DNA of 64,000 nt from Rubripirellula sp. (GTDB lineage: Bacteria > Planctomycetota > Planctomycetia > Pirellulales > Pirellulaceae). This document shows positions 10,029 to 20,374 of this stretch, piece by piece. Position numbers and translations under genes: made by a program. Each line of letters starts with the position of its first letter. Positions within the stretch are counted from its first letter, which is position 1. The stretch lies in the NCBI GenBank assembly GCA_965216875.1, contig OZ244207.1, forward strand, positions 1,728,001-1,792,000, written 5' to 3'. Below the pieces are notes generated by a model that saw only the letters and a program-made list of their open reading frames with translations, was not told the DNA's origin and did not search any database.

Positions 10029-10910
10029 TTAGACCGCGAGTTGGTTGCCACCGCTGCGTTTGGCTTCGCCGAGTCGTTCATCCGATTCCTTGAGCATCTC
10101 TTGAGATGACCCCAATGCTTCGGTTGACGGGGCGCTCATTCCAATGCTGATTGTCGCTTTGATGCTGCGCCGCGTCGTTTCGATCGGGCTCGATTCGACG
10201 GCAATGCGACAGCGTTGGGCAATCTCGGCTGAGTTTTCGAAGTTGGATTCAACGACCAAGATCGCGAACTTATCACCTTCAATTCGGGCGACCACATCAT
10301 CGCGACGCAGTGCGTCTTGAATCCGCTGGGCGATGCTTCGAAGCACTTGGTCGCCAGTGATGCGACCATGTTTATCGTTGATCGTTTGCATTTGATCGAC
10401 ATCAAACATGATCAACGCGATCGGACGACTGTGGCGTTTGCACCGAGCCACTTCGCGATCAAGGGTTTCGATCAAGTAGCGTTGGTTGTAGACGCCCGTC
10501 AGGCCGTCACGCGTCATCATCGAATAGACGGTCTCTTGGTACTGTGATTCGATGTCATCGTCAGCCAAGAAACGAAAGACGCGATTGCCGAGCTGGATGC
10601 GATCGCCAGAAACGAGTGACGATTCGGTGCAAGGTTTCCCGTTGACGACGACCCCGTTCGTGCTGCCAAGGTCGGCGATTACAGTGCCGCCGGCCGCAAC
10701 ACGAATCTCGGCGTGACGCCGCGAGACCGATTCATCGTTGATTGCCAAGTCACAATCGGGGCTGCGCCCAATGACGACATGTTCGCCAAGCGAGACGGGG
10801 CCGGTTTCGAGGTCGAGCGGGTGGAGCTGGACGAGTGACCGCTTTGCGACCTCTTGGCTCGCGAGTCGCGAAAGGCTGGCGAGAGTGCTTTGGCTGCTGT
10901 TGCGTCGCAT
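10029..10910 (-). CDS. FHA + GGDEF-domain protein with degenerate active site (EGDKF)
   Basis: FHA motifs IGR, SRRHA, DLGSTNG; GGDEF domain DGLTGVYN...ARIEGDKF...TISIG. Confidence 0.9.
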   Translation of the reverse strand: MRRNSSQSTLASLSRLASQEVAKRSLVQLHPLDLETGPVSLGEHVVIGRSPDCDLAINDESVSRRHAEIRVAAGGTVIADLGSTNGVVVNGKPCTESSLVSGDRIQLGNRVFRFLADDDIESQYQETVYSMMTRDGLTGVYNQRYLIETLDREVARCKRHSRPIALIMFDVDQMQTINDKHGRITGDQVLRSIAQRIQDALRRDDVVARIEGDKFAILVVESNFENSAEIAQRCRIAVESSPIETTRRSIKATISIGMSAPSTEALGSSQEMLKESDERLGEAKRSGGNQLAV

Positions 10911-11041
10911 GAAGGATCGTTCGTCGGATGGCGTGGTCGGGTGGCCCTCTTTGTTTGGCCATCACAAACCTTTCTCACCACCGACGGCTCGCCCAAGAAA
11001 ACTGTCTTCGAGCCAACATCCGCTTCGTAGCGGCGGGTGAA

Positions 11042-13237
11042 CTAGAACGAATGTATCGATTCTGATGACGCCACCGACGGAACCTCGTCGCGAATGCCCG
11101 GATTGGTTGGGCGGTGGTCGATGTGGTAGCGGTGACAATCGACGCAACGGTCGCCGGCAGCTTTGGGTGTGTGGCAGGCCGCGCACGATTGACGCGTCAT
11201 TGCTTTGAACTCGCCTGAATCAACCATTCCCAGTCCATGGCTATCACCCGCGGCGGGTGTGACCTGGTGGCAATGCGAACAATCGGCAAGCTGGGCGATA
11301 TTGAGGTGCGGGCCATGCGAGAATTTCGTGAACTCTTGCTTGCCGCCGACCAACGGCCAGCTTTTCCATGAAGCCAAGCCAAGGTGACGCGTTGCCAGCG
11401 AAGGCGGCGCGTCGATTGCGGCTTGGTGACACTCCACACATGCTTTGACCGATGCTTGGGAAAGCAGACGTTTGCGTACGGGATCCGACGGCGAAAGCTC
11501 GGCGATCATCTCGACGATGGATCGCATGACGGGGTCGGCGTGCCCTGCTGCTCGATAGCGAATCGCGAGTCGGATGTCGTCGCGATACCAACCGCCTGAA
11601 GGCAGCATTCGCTCGGAGTCAAATCGCTCGGGTCGCTTTGACGTCGGGGCTTCTGCCGAGAGCAAGCTTGGACTCCCAAGAGGATCGCTGAGCAGGTCAT
11701 CATCCTGCTCGAGGAGAGCATCGCTTCCGATCAAGTCGTCTTCGTCTAGCGAATCATCGAGTCCAAGCAGGTCATCACCACCGAGAAGTTCATCACCTTG
11801 GTCGCCGAACAGTCTTTCGCTTAGTGGCTCGCGTTCGGAGCCGAGATCGTTGATGACTGAATCGTTCGGGTCGGTGTCTGCTTCTTTTCGGTTGAACCAA
11901 CGTTTCGAAGCATCTTGCAGTAACTGAGGCGGCAGCGTTCGCAGGATCTCTTTCGCAAGGTTAGGTGAAACGCCAGCACGCTTGGTCCGCCGCTCAATGG
12001 CTTGCCCGCCGCTGTTGGCGATGTCTTGCACCAGTTCGAAATGGGCGTCGGCCACCGTTTGGCTCGCGGTCGCGCTGCGTTGATCGTTGGGGTCGAGTTT
12101 CGAAAAGTCTCGATTGGGAATGGTGCGAATCGCGGCGGCAACATCTCGGTTGCTTCTCAACAACAATTCGGTCAGCGGTGCAATCGAACCGTCGACCAGA
12201 CCGGTGGCGGATTCCGGCCAACGATAGCGGCCATTGTCCTGCTCGAACCGTTCCGCCACCTCGTCTGGAAGCGACGGCAATGCCAACAGTTCGATACCAT
12301 CGGCACCGACCGTTTGGATCGATTCCGCATGACACGATGCGCAACCACGCTCGAAGGACACTCCACGGGTCAGTTCCCCGTCGACCGTTCGAGTGTGGCA
12401 CTGTGCACATTCGAAACCTTTTGAGAATCGAGCTTCCTTAGATGCGGGGAAATGTTTTCCTGCATGAGAAGCGTGGTCGAACGAGATCGCTCCGCCACGA
12501 CCGTAGGGCCAGCCGTGCCAATCGGGATGCGAATCGGCAAAACTTCCAAACCGTTCGCTGTGGCACGATTGGCATTGCGCGTCGCTCACGGCGAGCAGAT
12601 TCCCGCCGAGTCCCTGGTGTTCTTTGTGGCAGGCCGAGCAGGCAACGTTGGTCTGATCGATTGCGGTAGCCGGCAGGAGGTTTCGCCAGTCTTCGTTGTC
12701 GGAGGTGCTGAGTCGATCGCGACCGCCCAGTGACGCAAACCTCATTTGGGCCAATGCGGTTGCAGGCAGGTTGTGCGCAAACGCGGAGGTCTCGGGGGCA
12801 ATGGTGGCGTGGTGGCAATCCATGCACCGATCCGAGAGGCTGACGCCTCGATGACCTTCGCTGCCTGCTTGAAAGAAGTCGGCGGGTGTGGTGGCGGCGG
12901 CAGGGTGGCAGGATGCACAACGATTGGAGGTTAAGGTGCCGCTTAGGATCTGGGCGTGAGGCGAAGAGAGTTCACCCGGTTTGTAAACAGTCGGGGCCGC
13001 CGAGGGGAAAAGTGATGCGAGCAGGGCCACGGCCGCAAGGGCGACAACGCCTGTGACGATGCGTTTTCGGTGATAGGTCCAAGTGGGTGTCGGCTGACAG
13101 GCTTCCGCAAGCGGGCATTGGCCGGCACCATCGGGTCCTTGCGAACAAGCGTCTTTACCATGGCGTGCACACATCCAGCGATCGCTCGGGCGATCATTGG
13201 CGGGCGGTTGTGGCAGGTCGATTTCTTCGCGTCGCAT
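11042..13237 (-). CDS. Membrane-anchored multiheme c-type cytochrome (10 CxxCH)
   Basis: CASCH, CMDCH, CSACH, CQSCH, CAQCH, CASCH, CVECH, CSHCH, CAACH, CVDCH; N-terminal TM helix. Confidence 0.9.
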   Translation of the reverse strand: MRREEIDLPQPPANDRPSDRWMCARHGKDACSQGPDGAGQCPLAEACQPTPTWTYHRKRIVTGVVALAAVALLASLFPSAAPTVYKPGELSSPHAQILSGTLTSNRCASCHPAAATTPADFFQAGSEGHRGVSLSDRCMDCHHATIAPETSAFAHNLPATALAQMRFASLGGRDRLSTSDNEDWRNLLPATAIDQTNVACSACHKEHQGLGGNLLAVSDAQCQSCHSERFGSFADSHPDWHGWPYGRGGAISFDHASHAGKHFPASKEARFSKGFECAQCHTRTVDGELTRGVSFERGCASCHAESIQTVGADGIELLALPSLPDEVAERFEQDNGRYRWPESATGLVDGSIAPLTELLLRSNRDVAAAIRTIPNRDFSKLDPNDQRSATASQTVADAHFELVQDIANSGGQAIERRTKRAGVSPNLAKEILRTLPPQLLQDASKRWFNRKEADTDPNDSVINDLGSEREPLSERLFGDQGDELLGGDDLLGLDDSLDEDDLIGSDALLEQDDDLLSDPLGSPSLLSAEAPTSKRPERFDSERMLPSGGWYRDDIRLAIRYRAAGHADPVMRSIVEMIAELSPSDPVRKRLLSQASVKACVECHQAAIDAPPSLATRHLGLASWKSWPLVGGKQEFTKFSHGPHLNIAQLADCSHCHQVTPAAGDSHGLGMVDSGEFKAMTRQSCAACHTPKAAGDRCVDCHRYHIDHRPTNPGIRDEVPSVASSESIHSF

Positions 13238-13294
13238 GTTGGGTTAGGTCTCGGTTCGGAATCCGTTCCGTTTTTTGCCCGGGCGATTCCGCAC

Positions 13295-14116
13295 CTAGGA
13301 TGCAAATCGCCAGGCAAGGCATCCGTGGACGATCGCACCGGCCAAGAGCACGATCGAGAACGAGCTGTGGATCACCAGCCACAATCGCAATCGCATTTGC
13401 AACGCAAATTGGTAGTCCAGGTCATCACGCCGGCGAACCAGAGCGGCTAGTCGTCCCGATGTCTCGCGCCCTTCCGATTCGAGGTAACGGTCAAGTTCCT
13501 TCAAGCCGTTGAGCAGTCGGCGACGTCGAGCCCCCGAAGGAGCGAGAACGTAGGCGAAATTGGGTTGAGCTGCAAAGTAGGGACGCAGGTATTGATCGTA
13601 AAAGCCGCCCAAGACGCGAACCGCAGATTGTTCACTCATCTCGTCGAGCAATCCTTGTGCGGCGTCAGAGATTTGATCTCGGTGCCAACCGACGCGGTCG
13701 AACCGATGCTGGCCTTCGACAGCCGAAAGCCGGCGCGGCAAGGTGCGACTTGCGTAAACGCCATACACACCGCTTGCAGAGACCAAGAGAAACACCAGCG
13801 ACAACGCAAACTCAAAGACACCGCCGCCCACCAAAGTCGGGACGTGCATCACATAAACGCCCAAACAAAAGAGGCCGGTGTAGAGATGCACCTGTGTCCA
13901 AGTGCTGGCGTTTCCAAGCGGTAAGATTGGCAACCGACGGCGAACACCGAGCAAAGCTAACAGCACCAATGCCCCCAACGTCGTTGATCCGGTGAAAAAG
14001 GCGACATGCGCGAGTCGGCCCTCTTGGATCCAGGCAATGACCCAAACGACCAACAAAGCAATTGCGGTCACGGCGAGCGACACGCGGCGTCGCATGCGAA
14101 ACGAAAGCTGCGACAT
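13295..14116 (-). CDS. Polytopic membrane protein with His in TM helices (putative heme b, ferric-reductase-like)
   Basis: About 5 TM helices; WTQVHLYTG, VMH, WLVIH, IVH. Confidence 0.75.
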   Translation of the reverse strand: MSQLSFRMRRRVSLAVTAIALLVVWVIAWIQEGRLAHVAFFTGSTTLGALVLLALLGVRRRLPILPLGNASTWTQVHLYTGLFCLGVYVMHVPTLVGGGVFEFALSLVFLLVSASGVYGVYASRTLPRRLSAVEGQHRFDRVGWHRDQISDAAQGLLDEMSEQSAVRVLGGFYDQYLRPYFAAQPNFAYVLAPSGARRRRLLNGLKELDRYLESEGRETSGRLAALVRRRDDLDYQFALQMRLRLWLVIHSSFSIVLLAGAIVHGCLAWRFAS

Positions 14117-14119
14117 CGC

Positions 14120-15958
14120 CTAACTCCTACGATCGAGCCACTGGGCAAGTGGCTTGGAACTACTCAAGTCGATTCTCACCAACGCATCGTGCGGGCAAGC
14201 GGAGGCGCAGGCCGGTCCATTCGGCTGGCTGCTGCAAAGATCGCATTTGGTCGCTTTCACGATCGGCTTGCCGGTTTGCATGTCGGTAAAGGGACGACCT
14301 TGGTGATCATGGACCTGGGCCATGCGAATGTTCTCGTAGGGGCACGACGCCGCACAGGTCCCACAACCAACGCAAATCGGTTCGTGGATTTCAACTACCC
14401 CCGTTGCCTCGTCGCGCGCAATTGAGCCGGTCGGACAACCGATCATGCAAACGGGGTCGCTGCAATGCATACAGGCCTGGACGAACTGGATTCGCTCGTG
14501 CGCGATCCCTTGCCGTACGAATCGAGGATTGCCATCGTGTGCGGCGGCGCAGGCTTTCACGCAATCATCGCATCGTGTGCAGCGATGGAGGTCGACCACC
14601 ATCGCTTGTTGCCCATTGTTTAAACGGTGTTGAACAATGAACTCCAACAAACCGGTCGGCTGGAAGCTGTGCCCGGTTTCACTGGGGAGGTCTTCCCAAC
14701 CACCCTGGTTGCGTTGCTCGCTGCGGTCGGATCTTCGGCGATCGGGTCCCTGATGGTTCGTGTCTTGCGCGTCAGCAACGTTGGCGTCCGAACGGACGAG
14801 CAATTCAGCCGCTGTCTTGGGAAGTTCACTCCGACGCACGTGCGGCAGGATCTCTTCGGCGAACGTTTCGGCCGGAATCAACAGGGCGTCCAAAAAGCCT
14901 ACTGCCCGCAATGCGTGTTGAAGCGTCTTTGCAGCCGAACCTTCGGGACGCAGTGCGTTGTAGGCTAACTCTTCAAGCCCGTAGACGTGTCCTTTGCCTA
15001 GGTAGGCTGTTGTTCGGTTGGATGCGCCATAGTGTTGGCAAAGCCGTCCGAAACCGCTGCGAACGACGATCAAGTCGGTCGGGATGCGGCCCTCTTCCGC
15101 AACCAACGGCTCCGATTCAATCTGCTCGGCCGGTTGTAGTTTGCGTTGCCGCCGATAGTCGGCATTCCATTCCATCTTGCCAAACGAACGCATCTGCGTC
15201 GCCTCGGCAACGCGGTTCAAACTTGCCTCGGGCAGATGCCTTAGCAGCGGAAGTTCGCGCAGGTGAACGGGCAACCAATGAGTGCGGTAGTGATGGTCGA
15301 GCGAATCGGCAAAACCACGATCGCGTCTCAAAACACGCAATCCCTGCCAGCGTATTTCGAGTAGCGTCGCTTCGTTTTCGGCGATCACCGTGGCCGTTCG
15401 TGGTGACCGGTACATCGCTGCCACTTCGCCAAAAAGTTCCCCCGGCCCAAGCGAAACCGATTCGCTGTCGCGAAGAACGATGTCAAAGTCTTGCAAAAAG
15501 ATGGCGGGACGATCATCAACACTGCGCAACGTGCTGCCGACGCCATCCTCGGAACTCGTCGTGACTTCGTGAGGGTGTCGCGCTTCCCGAATGCCTGGGC
15601 GTTTCATGAATCGCCGCAATGCTTCGCCCCAGGTCAGCTTTTCTTTGGGGGCCCGTCCCAGTTTCTCGGGGGAGAGCGAATCGACCATCACCGCAACGCT
15701 GCCGGCGAGCACCAGGAAGGCGCTGTTGCCATAATCGCCTTCGCGGACGATCACTTCGCCCGGTTCGCAACGCCGAATGCGACAATCGTTGCGAAGAATC
15801 CCATCGAGCGGAATCGAGCGAGGAAACGATTTCGGATCCATCCCCGAAAACGGTTCGCGCGAGCGCAGCCAACAAACGTCGGCATCACTCATTGACGCGT
15901 CCATCGGCTCGCTCCACCGCTGTGGGCGACGCACGGCTATCGTTTCACCCGTTTCCAT
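14120..15958 (-). CDS. Cyclic-nucleotide-binding domain protein with a C-terminal DmsB/NrfC-type 4x[4Fe-4S] domain
   Basis: IVREGDYGNSAFLVLAG...GELFGEVAAMYRSPRTATV; CTRCDDCVKAC, CMHCSDPVCMIGCP, CVGCGTCAASCP, CDLC...CASACP. Confidence 0.9.
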   Translation of the reverse strand: METGETIAVRRPQRWSEPMDASMSDADVCWLRSREPFSGMDPKSFPRSIPLDGILRNDCRIRRCEPGEVIVREGDYGNSAFLVLAGSVAVMVDSLSPEKLGRAPKEKLTWGEALRRFMKRPGIREARHPHEVTTSSEDGVGSTLRSVDDRPAIFLQDFDIVLRDSESVSLGPGELFGEVAAMYRSPRTATVIAENEATLLEIRWQGLRVLRRDRGFADSLDHHYRTHWLPVHLRELPLLRHLPEASLNRVAEATQMRSFGKMEWNADYRRQRKLQPAEQIESEPLVAEEGRIPTDLIVVRSGFGRLCQHYGASNRTTAYLGKGHVYGLEELAYNALRPEGSAAKTLQHALRAVGFLDALLIPAETFAEEILPHVRRSELPKTAAELLVRSDANVADAQDTNHQGPDRRRSDRSEQRNQGGWEDLPSETGHSFQPTGLLEFIVQHRLNNGQQAMVVDLHRCTRCDDCVKACAAAHDGNPRFVRQGIAHERIQFVQACMHCSDPVCMIGCPTGSIARDEATGVVEIHEPICVGCGTCAASCPYENIRMAQVHDHQGRPFTDMQTGKPIVKATKCDLCSSQPNGPACASACPHDALVRIDLSSSKPLAQWLDRRS

Positions 15959-16028
15959 CGCTAGCGGTCCGTACCAAATCCGAACCGCCAGCCTCAAGGC
16001 GAAACCATTTGCAAGCAAAGCGGGGCGA

Positions 16029-16246
16029 GTAGCTACGCTCGCCAGAGCGCGGAGGGAAGCGAGTTCACTAGTTCGTAGTACCGAGCTTTAGCCGGAATCT
16101 TCAGGCCCTTCCGCCTAAAGGCGGGACCACGAACCGATCGTGAGCCGCACGCGCTAGCGTCGGGCCTTTCATGACTCAACGCATTCCACCTTCTGGCGAA
16201 GGTAGCTACGCAGGTATCACGCTATTTTCGCGGAGCGAAAGGCGAC
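16029..16246. repeat. Composite REP/BIME-like mosaic (four palindrome families)
   Basis: GTAGCTACGCTCGCCAGAGCG with inverted partner CCACCTTCTGGCGAAGGTAGCTAC; GTAGTACCGAGCTTTAGCCGGAA; TGAGCCGCACGCGCTAGCGTCGGGCC; TTTCGCGGAGCGAAAGGCGAC. Confidence 0.9.
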
Positions 16247-16249
16247 GAT

Positions 16250-17023
16250 TTACTTTCGCTTGAGGACGAACAAGGCGTCGGTGAGGTCGTTGTCGAAATC
16301 GCGGGGTTCATCGATGTCATAATCGAAATCGAAGATCTCGGCGATTTCGAACACGTCGTTCACCTTGGCCAGCAGTCGCTTGGCTTGTGCGGGGGTATAG
16401 ATCCGCAGCGGAAACTCACTCTTGATGCGTTCGACCTTGCCCGAGCGTTTCTCGGCTTTCACCGAGACGCGCAGCATCTCTTGTCGGGCTTTGCGATCAA
16501 AATCGATCACCTTCAGTGTCACGTTGACTTTTGTGCCACCATGTTTTGCCGTCCAACGTTCCGTGCACTCGGGATCGGCATCCATCGGAATCAAGTGAAA
16601 GCCGAGGATGTAGATCCCACCCTGTCGCAGATTGTCGGCGACGCTGCGCAGGTGGGCGATCGCGTCGTCTTCCTCGATCAGGTGCCGAAAGGTGTTGAAG
16701 GTGCAAAAGACGGCATCAAATTTTGTTTTGAAGCTCATCCGCGTCATGTCGCCACAAACCAACTCGGCATCGAGGCCGCGGCGGTCGAGTCGTCGGCGGA
16801 GGTACTTGAGCATCGGCTCGCTGAGATCAAGCGCGGTGACGTCGTAGCCCTTTGCCGCCATTTCAGCGACGAGGCGGCCACTGCCGCAGCCCGGTTCAAA
16901 AACGCGTTTCACCCTGCCCTTGGTAAAGCGATCGAACGCCAATTCAAAGAAACGGATCTCGGCCGCGGTTTCGTCGCGAAAGACCATGTCAAAGTACTGG
17001 GGGTGGTCATACCAGGAAGCCAT
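16250..17023 (-). CDS. Class I SAM-dependent methyltransferase
   Basis: VFEPGCGSGR motif I, ALDLS, GDM. Confidence 0.9.
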   Translation of the reverse strand: MASWYDHPQYFDMVFRDETAAEIRFFELAFDRFTKGRVKRVFEPGCGSGRLVAEMAAKGYDVTALDLSEPMLKYLRRRLDRRGLDAELVCGDMTRMSFKTKFDAVFCTFNTFRHLIEEDDAIAHLRSVADNLRQGGIYILGFHLIPMDADPECTERWTAKHGGTKVNVTLKVIDFDRKARQEMLRVSVKAEKRSGKVERIKSEFPLRIYTPAQAKRLLAKVNDVFEIAEIFDFDYDIDEPRDFDNDLTDALFVLKRK

Positions 17024-17223
17024 GCGGTGGTCCGAGTCGCTGTCGAGTGGGCGTTGAGCAGTTCAGGTGAGGCAAAATGTAGTGCCTCAAGCGGCCACAA
17101 TCGAGATGGGCGCCGGCAATCTCAACCTCCGATGCGCCCGAGCCAAGTCGTTTACGCGTAAACTCAGGTCGTAGGTGCCGGTATTCATGCCACCCTTTTG
17201 AGTCCACGTTCGAGCCGAATTCG

Positions 17224-18903
17224 ATGTCTGCAAGCCGCCTTTTGATTCTGATCGCGATCGCCGTGTTCGCGTTGCCAACCCTGCCGCCGGCTTCGGCCCA
17301 GCGCGGGGCATTGATCGAAGATTTGTTTCGGACGATTGCCGAAGCGCAGCTTGAGCGTGAACAGCGAAAACGCGTCGAAGCCGAACAAGCCGCCGCAGAA
17401 GCTCGCCGAGTCAAGCCGATTGAATCGAACTTGAATGTGCCGCCACGAGCCGTGGGACCGGGGCGTGGGCGACCGGGCGAAATCAATGTTCGCAGTCGTG
17501 AGGCAGCCGTTTTTGCACAAGATCTGGTCAACTTCAGTGCTGGGGTTTCGCCGCTTGTCGATGATCTTCGTTCAGCGGCGGGAACAAACCCAACGATCCG
17601 TGCACTGCTGCCCGACGCCTACCAGGTCGCCGCCGACACGCGCGCGTTGTTGCATCAATGCGACGGGTTGGCCGCAGTCCAACCAATCGTTCCGGCATAT
17701 TCGGATCTTGATGCTCGTTGGCGTCGGCTTTCGTTTTCATTGCGTGGCATCGAAGGATTGAGCGATCGCTGCACGTCGACGATCCGCAGTTGTGACCAGC
17801 TTGTTGGTTCGATGGCGAATCATCTAGGGATCCAACCGCAATTTGATCGCCATGGCTTGCACGATCTGATGATCATCGCGGCGACTCATATGGAGACGCT
17901 GATGGATGACTTGCAAATGGCGTCCATTTCGCATCGCGAAGCGGCGCGATTGACGCACGAGTGTCGCTTGTTGCGTCAGCGCCTGCTGGGCGAGGCCGAC
18001 CACGTTGATCGTATCAGCTACGATCAAGTTGTGTCGCGTTTCAATGAGTTTGTCACTCGCTGGCGATCGTATGCGTCGCAGGTGTACGACATTCCTGACC
18101 CCTATTTGCATCGACGCTTGAACCGAATCGCCGAGGTTGGCGACGAAACCTATGCGTTGCTGTGGATGCCTCCGCCGTTTGATGCCGGGTTGCTGCTCGA
18201 ATCGGCGCATCGGCTTGAACGCAACTGCGACCAGCTGCTGGACCAGCTCACCTTGCGAACGCTTGGCGGGCTCCCGCGTCAGGACCAAATGGCGATCCTC
18301 GAATCGAGTCGATCAGTTCACCAGCTCTCTCGGCAGCTTGAAGATGCGGCCGCGCGCGGTCTGCCGCGAAACGAGCTGCAGGCAACGTTCCGAAAAATCG
18401 ACCGCGATTGGGGCTCGTTGCGCCAGACCTACACGCGACTTCCCGGTATCAACAATGCTTCGATCTCGGGAATCGACCACGAATGCGGGACACTTCGGCG
18501 GGCGCTCGGTGTTACCTCGTCGGTCGTTCCTGCGGTTGACCTACGAGGGTTGACGCAACTCGCAGCGGCCATCGAAAGCGGCGCAGCTTACCTCGATGCT
18601 GATATTCAACGTTATCAACGCAACATGCAGCCGCAGTCGTATCGTCGCTCAATCGTCGAGTCCTCGCGCGAGTTTTACCGGCATGCAAAGCAACTGCATT
18701 CGCTCGTGGAGCGGCAATCCGAATTGCGTGTTCTTCAGCGAGAAGCGGAGCAGATGCTTGATGGTTGGCAACAGTTGACCAAGGACATCGGCGTTGCGCA
18801 TTCGCGCGGTCTGAGCGATAGTCGTGCGGGCGTCCTGCAAGAGGCGCATCGTGAACTTGCGCCGCTTGTGGCTCAAGCGGTTGCCGCCCTGCTCGACCGC
18901 TAG
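17224..18903 (+). CDS. Secreted alpha-helical repeat hypothetical protein
   Basis: Signal peptide ending ASA-Q; repeated helical units each with a W (RWRR, RWRS, DWGS, GWQQ). Confidence 0.75.
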   Translation: MSASRLLILIAIAVFALPTLPPASAQRGALIEDLFRTIAEAQLEREQRKRVEAEQAAAEARRVKPIESNLNVPPRAVGPGRGRPGEINVRSREAAVFAQDLVNFSAGVSPLVDDLRSAAGTNPTIRALLPDAYQVAADTRALLHQCDGLAAVQPIVPAYSDLDARWRRLSFSLRGIEGLSDRCTSTIRSCDQLVGSMANHLGIQPQFDRHGLHDLMIIAATHMETLMDDLQMASISHREAARLTHECRLLRQRLLGEADHVDRISYDQVVSRFNEFVTRWRSYASQVYDIPDPYLHRRLNRIAEVGDETYALLWMPPPFDAGLLLESAHRLERNCDQLLDQLTLRTLGGLPRQDQMAILESSRSVHQLSRQLEDAAARGLPRNELQATFRKIDRDWGSLRQTYTRLPGINNASISGIDHECGTLRRALGVTSSVVPAVDLRGLTQLAAAIESGAAYLDADIQRYQRNMQPQSYRRSIVESSREFYRHAKQLHSLVERQSELRVLQREAEQMLDGWQQLTKDIGVAHSRGLSDSRAGVLQEAHRELAPLVAQAVAALLDR

Positions 18904-19004
18904 TTCGTGAGCTATCCTATTGGGTGTGCTGCAGCAAAAGTACACGGATTATCCACACAAGCCCCACAATTGATCGGCAAAACCGGCGTTTTTGGTCGTC
19001 ATCT

Positions 19005-20144
19005 ATGAGCATCACCCGCAATCCCACTCGCGCGGTTCGCATCGGCAATCTTTCAATTGGTGCCGACAATCCGATTGCCGTCCAAAGCATGACGGCTACG
19101 AAGACGCAGAATATCGATGCCACTTCGGCCCAGGCTGAAGCCCTTCGTGAGCGGGGGGCCGGCGTGGTTCGCGTCGCCGTCGATAGCACCAAAGATGCCG
19201 AAGCCCTCGCCGAGATTCGCAAGAACACCACGGCCAATCTCGCCGTCGACCTGCAAGAGAATTTCAAGCTGGCCGAGGCCGTCGCGCCGTTTGTGGACAA
19301 GATCCGATACAACCCAGGACACCTCTACCATCATCAGAAAGAGAAGCCCTGGCAGGACAAAGTTCGCTTCATCATCCAGCAGGCGATCGATCATGATTGC
19401 GCTGTGCGAATTGGCGTGAACTGCGGTAGTGTGGATCCGGCAAAGAAAGAGAAGTACGACCCCGAAGATTCGATCACGCCAATGCTCGAGAGTGCACTCG
19501 AGCACTGCGAGTTTGTCGACTCACTCGGTTTTCACCGCTTTGCCGTCTCACTCAAAGATAGTGACCCGGCGAAGGTGATCGAGGTCAACAAGCGGTTTGC
19601 GGAACAACGCCCCGACGTTCCGCTTCATCTCGGTGTGACCGAAGCCGGAATGCCACCGGATGGCATCATCAAAACGCGCATCGCATTCGAGCAGTTGATC
19701 GGGCGCGGGATTGGTGACACTGTTCGCGTTTCGTTGACCCTTCCCAACGACCGCAAACCGGAAGAGATCGAGGCTGGCCAAGGAATCATCGATGACATCT
19801 ACGCGGGCCGTGTTCGTAGCGTCGTTCAGTTGAACGACAAAGCGCTGAACATCATCAGTTGCCCGAGTTGTTCACGCGTCGAGAACGAGGCGTTCATCGA
19901 TTTGGCCGCGAGCGTCAAGGAGATGACCGAATACGCCAAAGACTACGAGATCACGATTGCCGTGATGGGTTGCCGGGTGAATGGCCCCGGTGAAACCGAC
20001 GACGCGGATTTGGGACTTTGGTGCGGCCCGGCAAAGGTGAATCTAAAGCGAGGCCCCGAAGCACTCGGAGCCTTCGGCTACGACGAGATCCTACCGCGAC
20101 TCAAAACCGAGCTCGATGAGTTGATCGCGAAAAAGAAGGTGTAG
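19005..20144 (+). CDS. ispG: (E)-4-hydroxy-3-methylbut-2-enyl-diphosphate synthase
   Basis: [54 protein letters not shown]. Confidence 0.97.
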   Translation: MSITRNPTRAVRIGNLSIGADNPIAVQSMTATKTQNIDATSAQAEALRERGAGVVRVAVDSTKDAEALAEIRKNTTANLAVDLQENFKLAEAVAPFVDKIRYNPGHLYHHQKEKPWQDKVRFIIQQAIDHDCAVRIGVNCGSVDPAKKEKYDPEDSITPMLESALEHCEFVDSLGFHRFAVSLKDSDPAKVIEVNKRFAEQRPDVPLHLGVTEAGMPPDGIIKTRIAFEQLIGRGIGDTVRVSLTLPNDRKPEEIEAGQGIIDDIYAGRVRSVVQLNDKALNIISCPSCSRVENEAFIDLAASVKEMTEYAKDYEITIAVMGCRVNGPGETDDADLGLWCGPAKVNLKRGPEALGAFGYDEILPRLKTELDELIAKKKV

Positions 20145-20374
20145 GTCATGCTCCGCATGACACCCACAACTTTCGCGGAGCGAAAGGCGACATATAGACT
20201 GAGCCGAACGCGCTAGCGTCGGGCCTCATCAGCCGTAGCTACGCTCGCCAGAGCGTGGTGCTTTAGCGGGCGACCATCCAGCACATTCCACCTTCTGGCG
20301 AAGGTAGCTACGAACAGGGATCACGCAACTTCCGCGGAGCGAAAGGCGACAAACATGTGAGCCGAACGCGCTAG

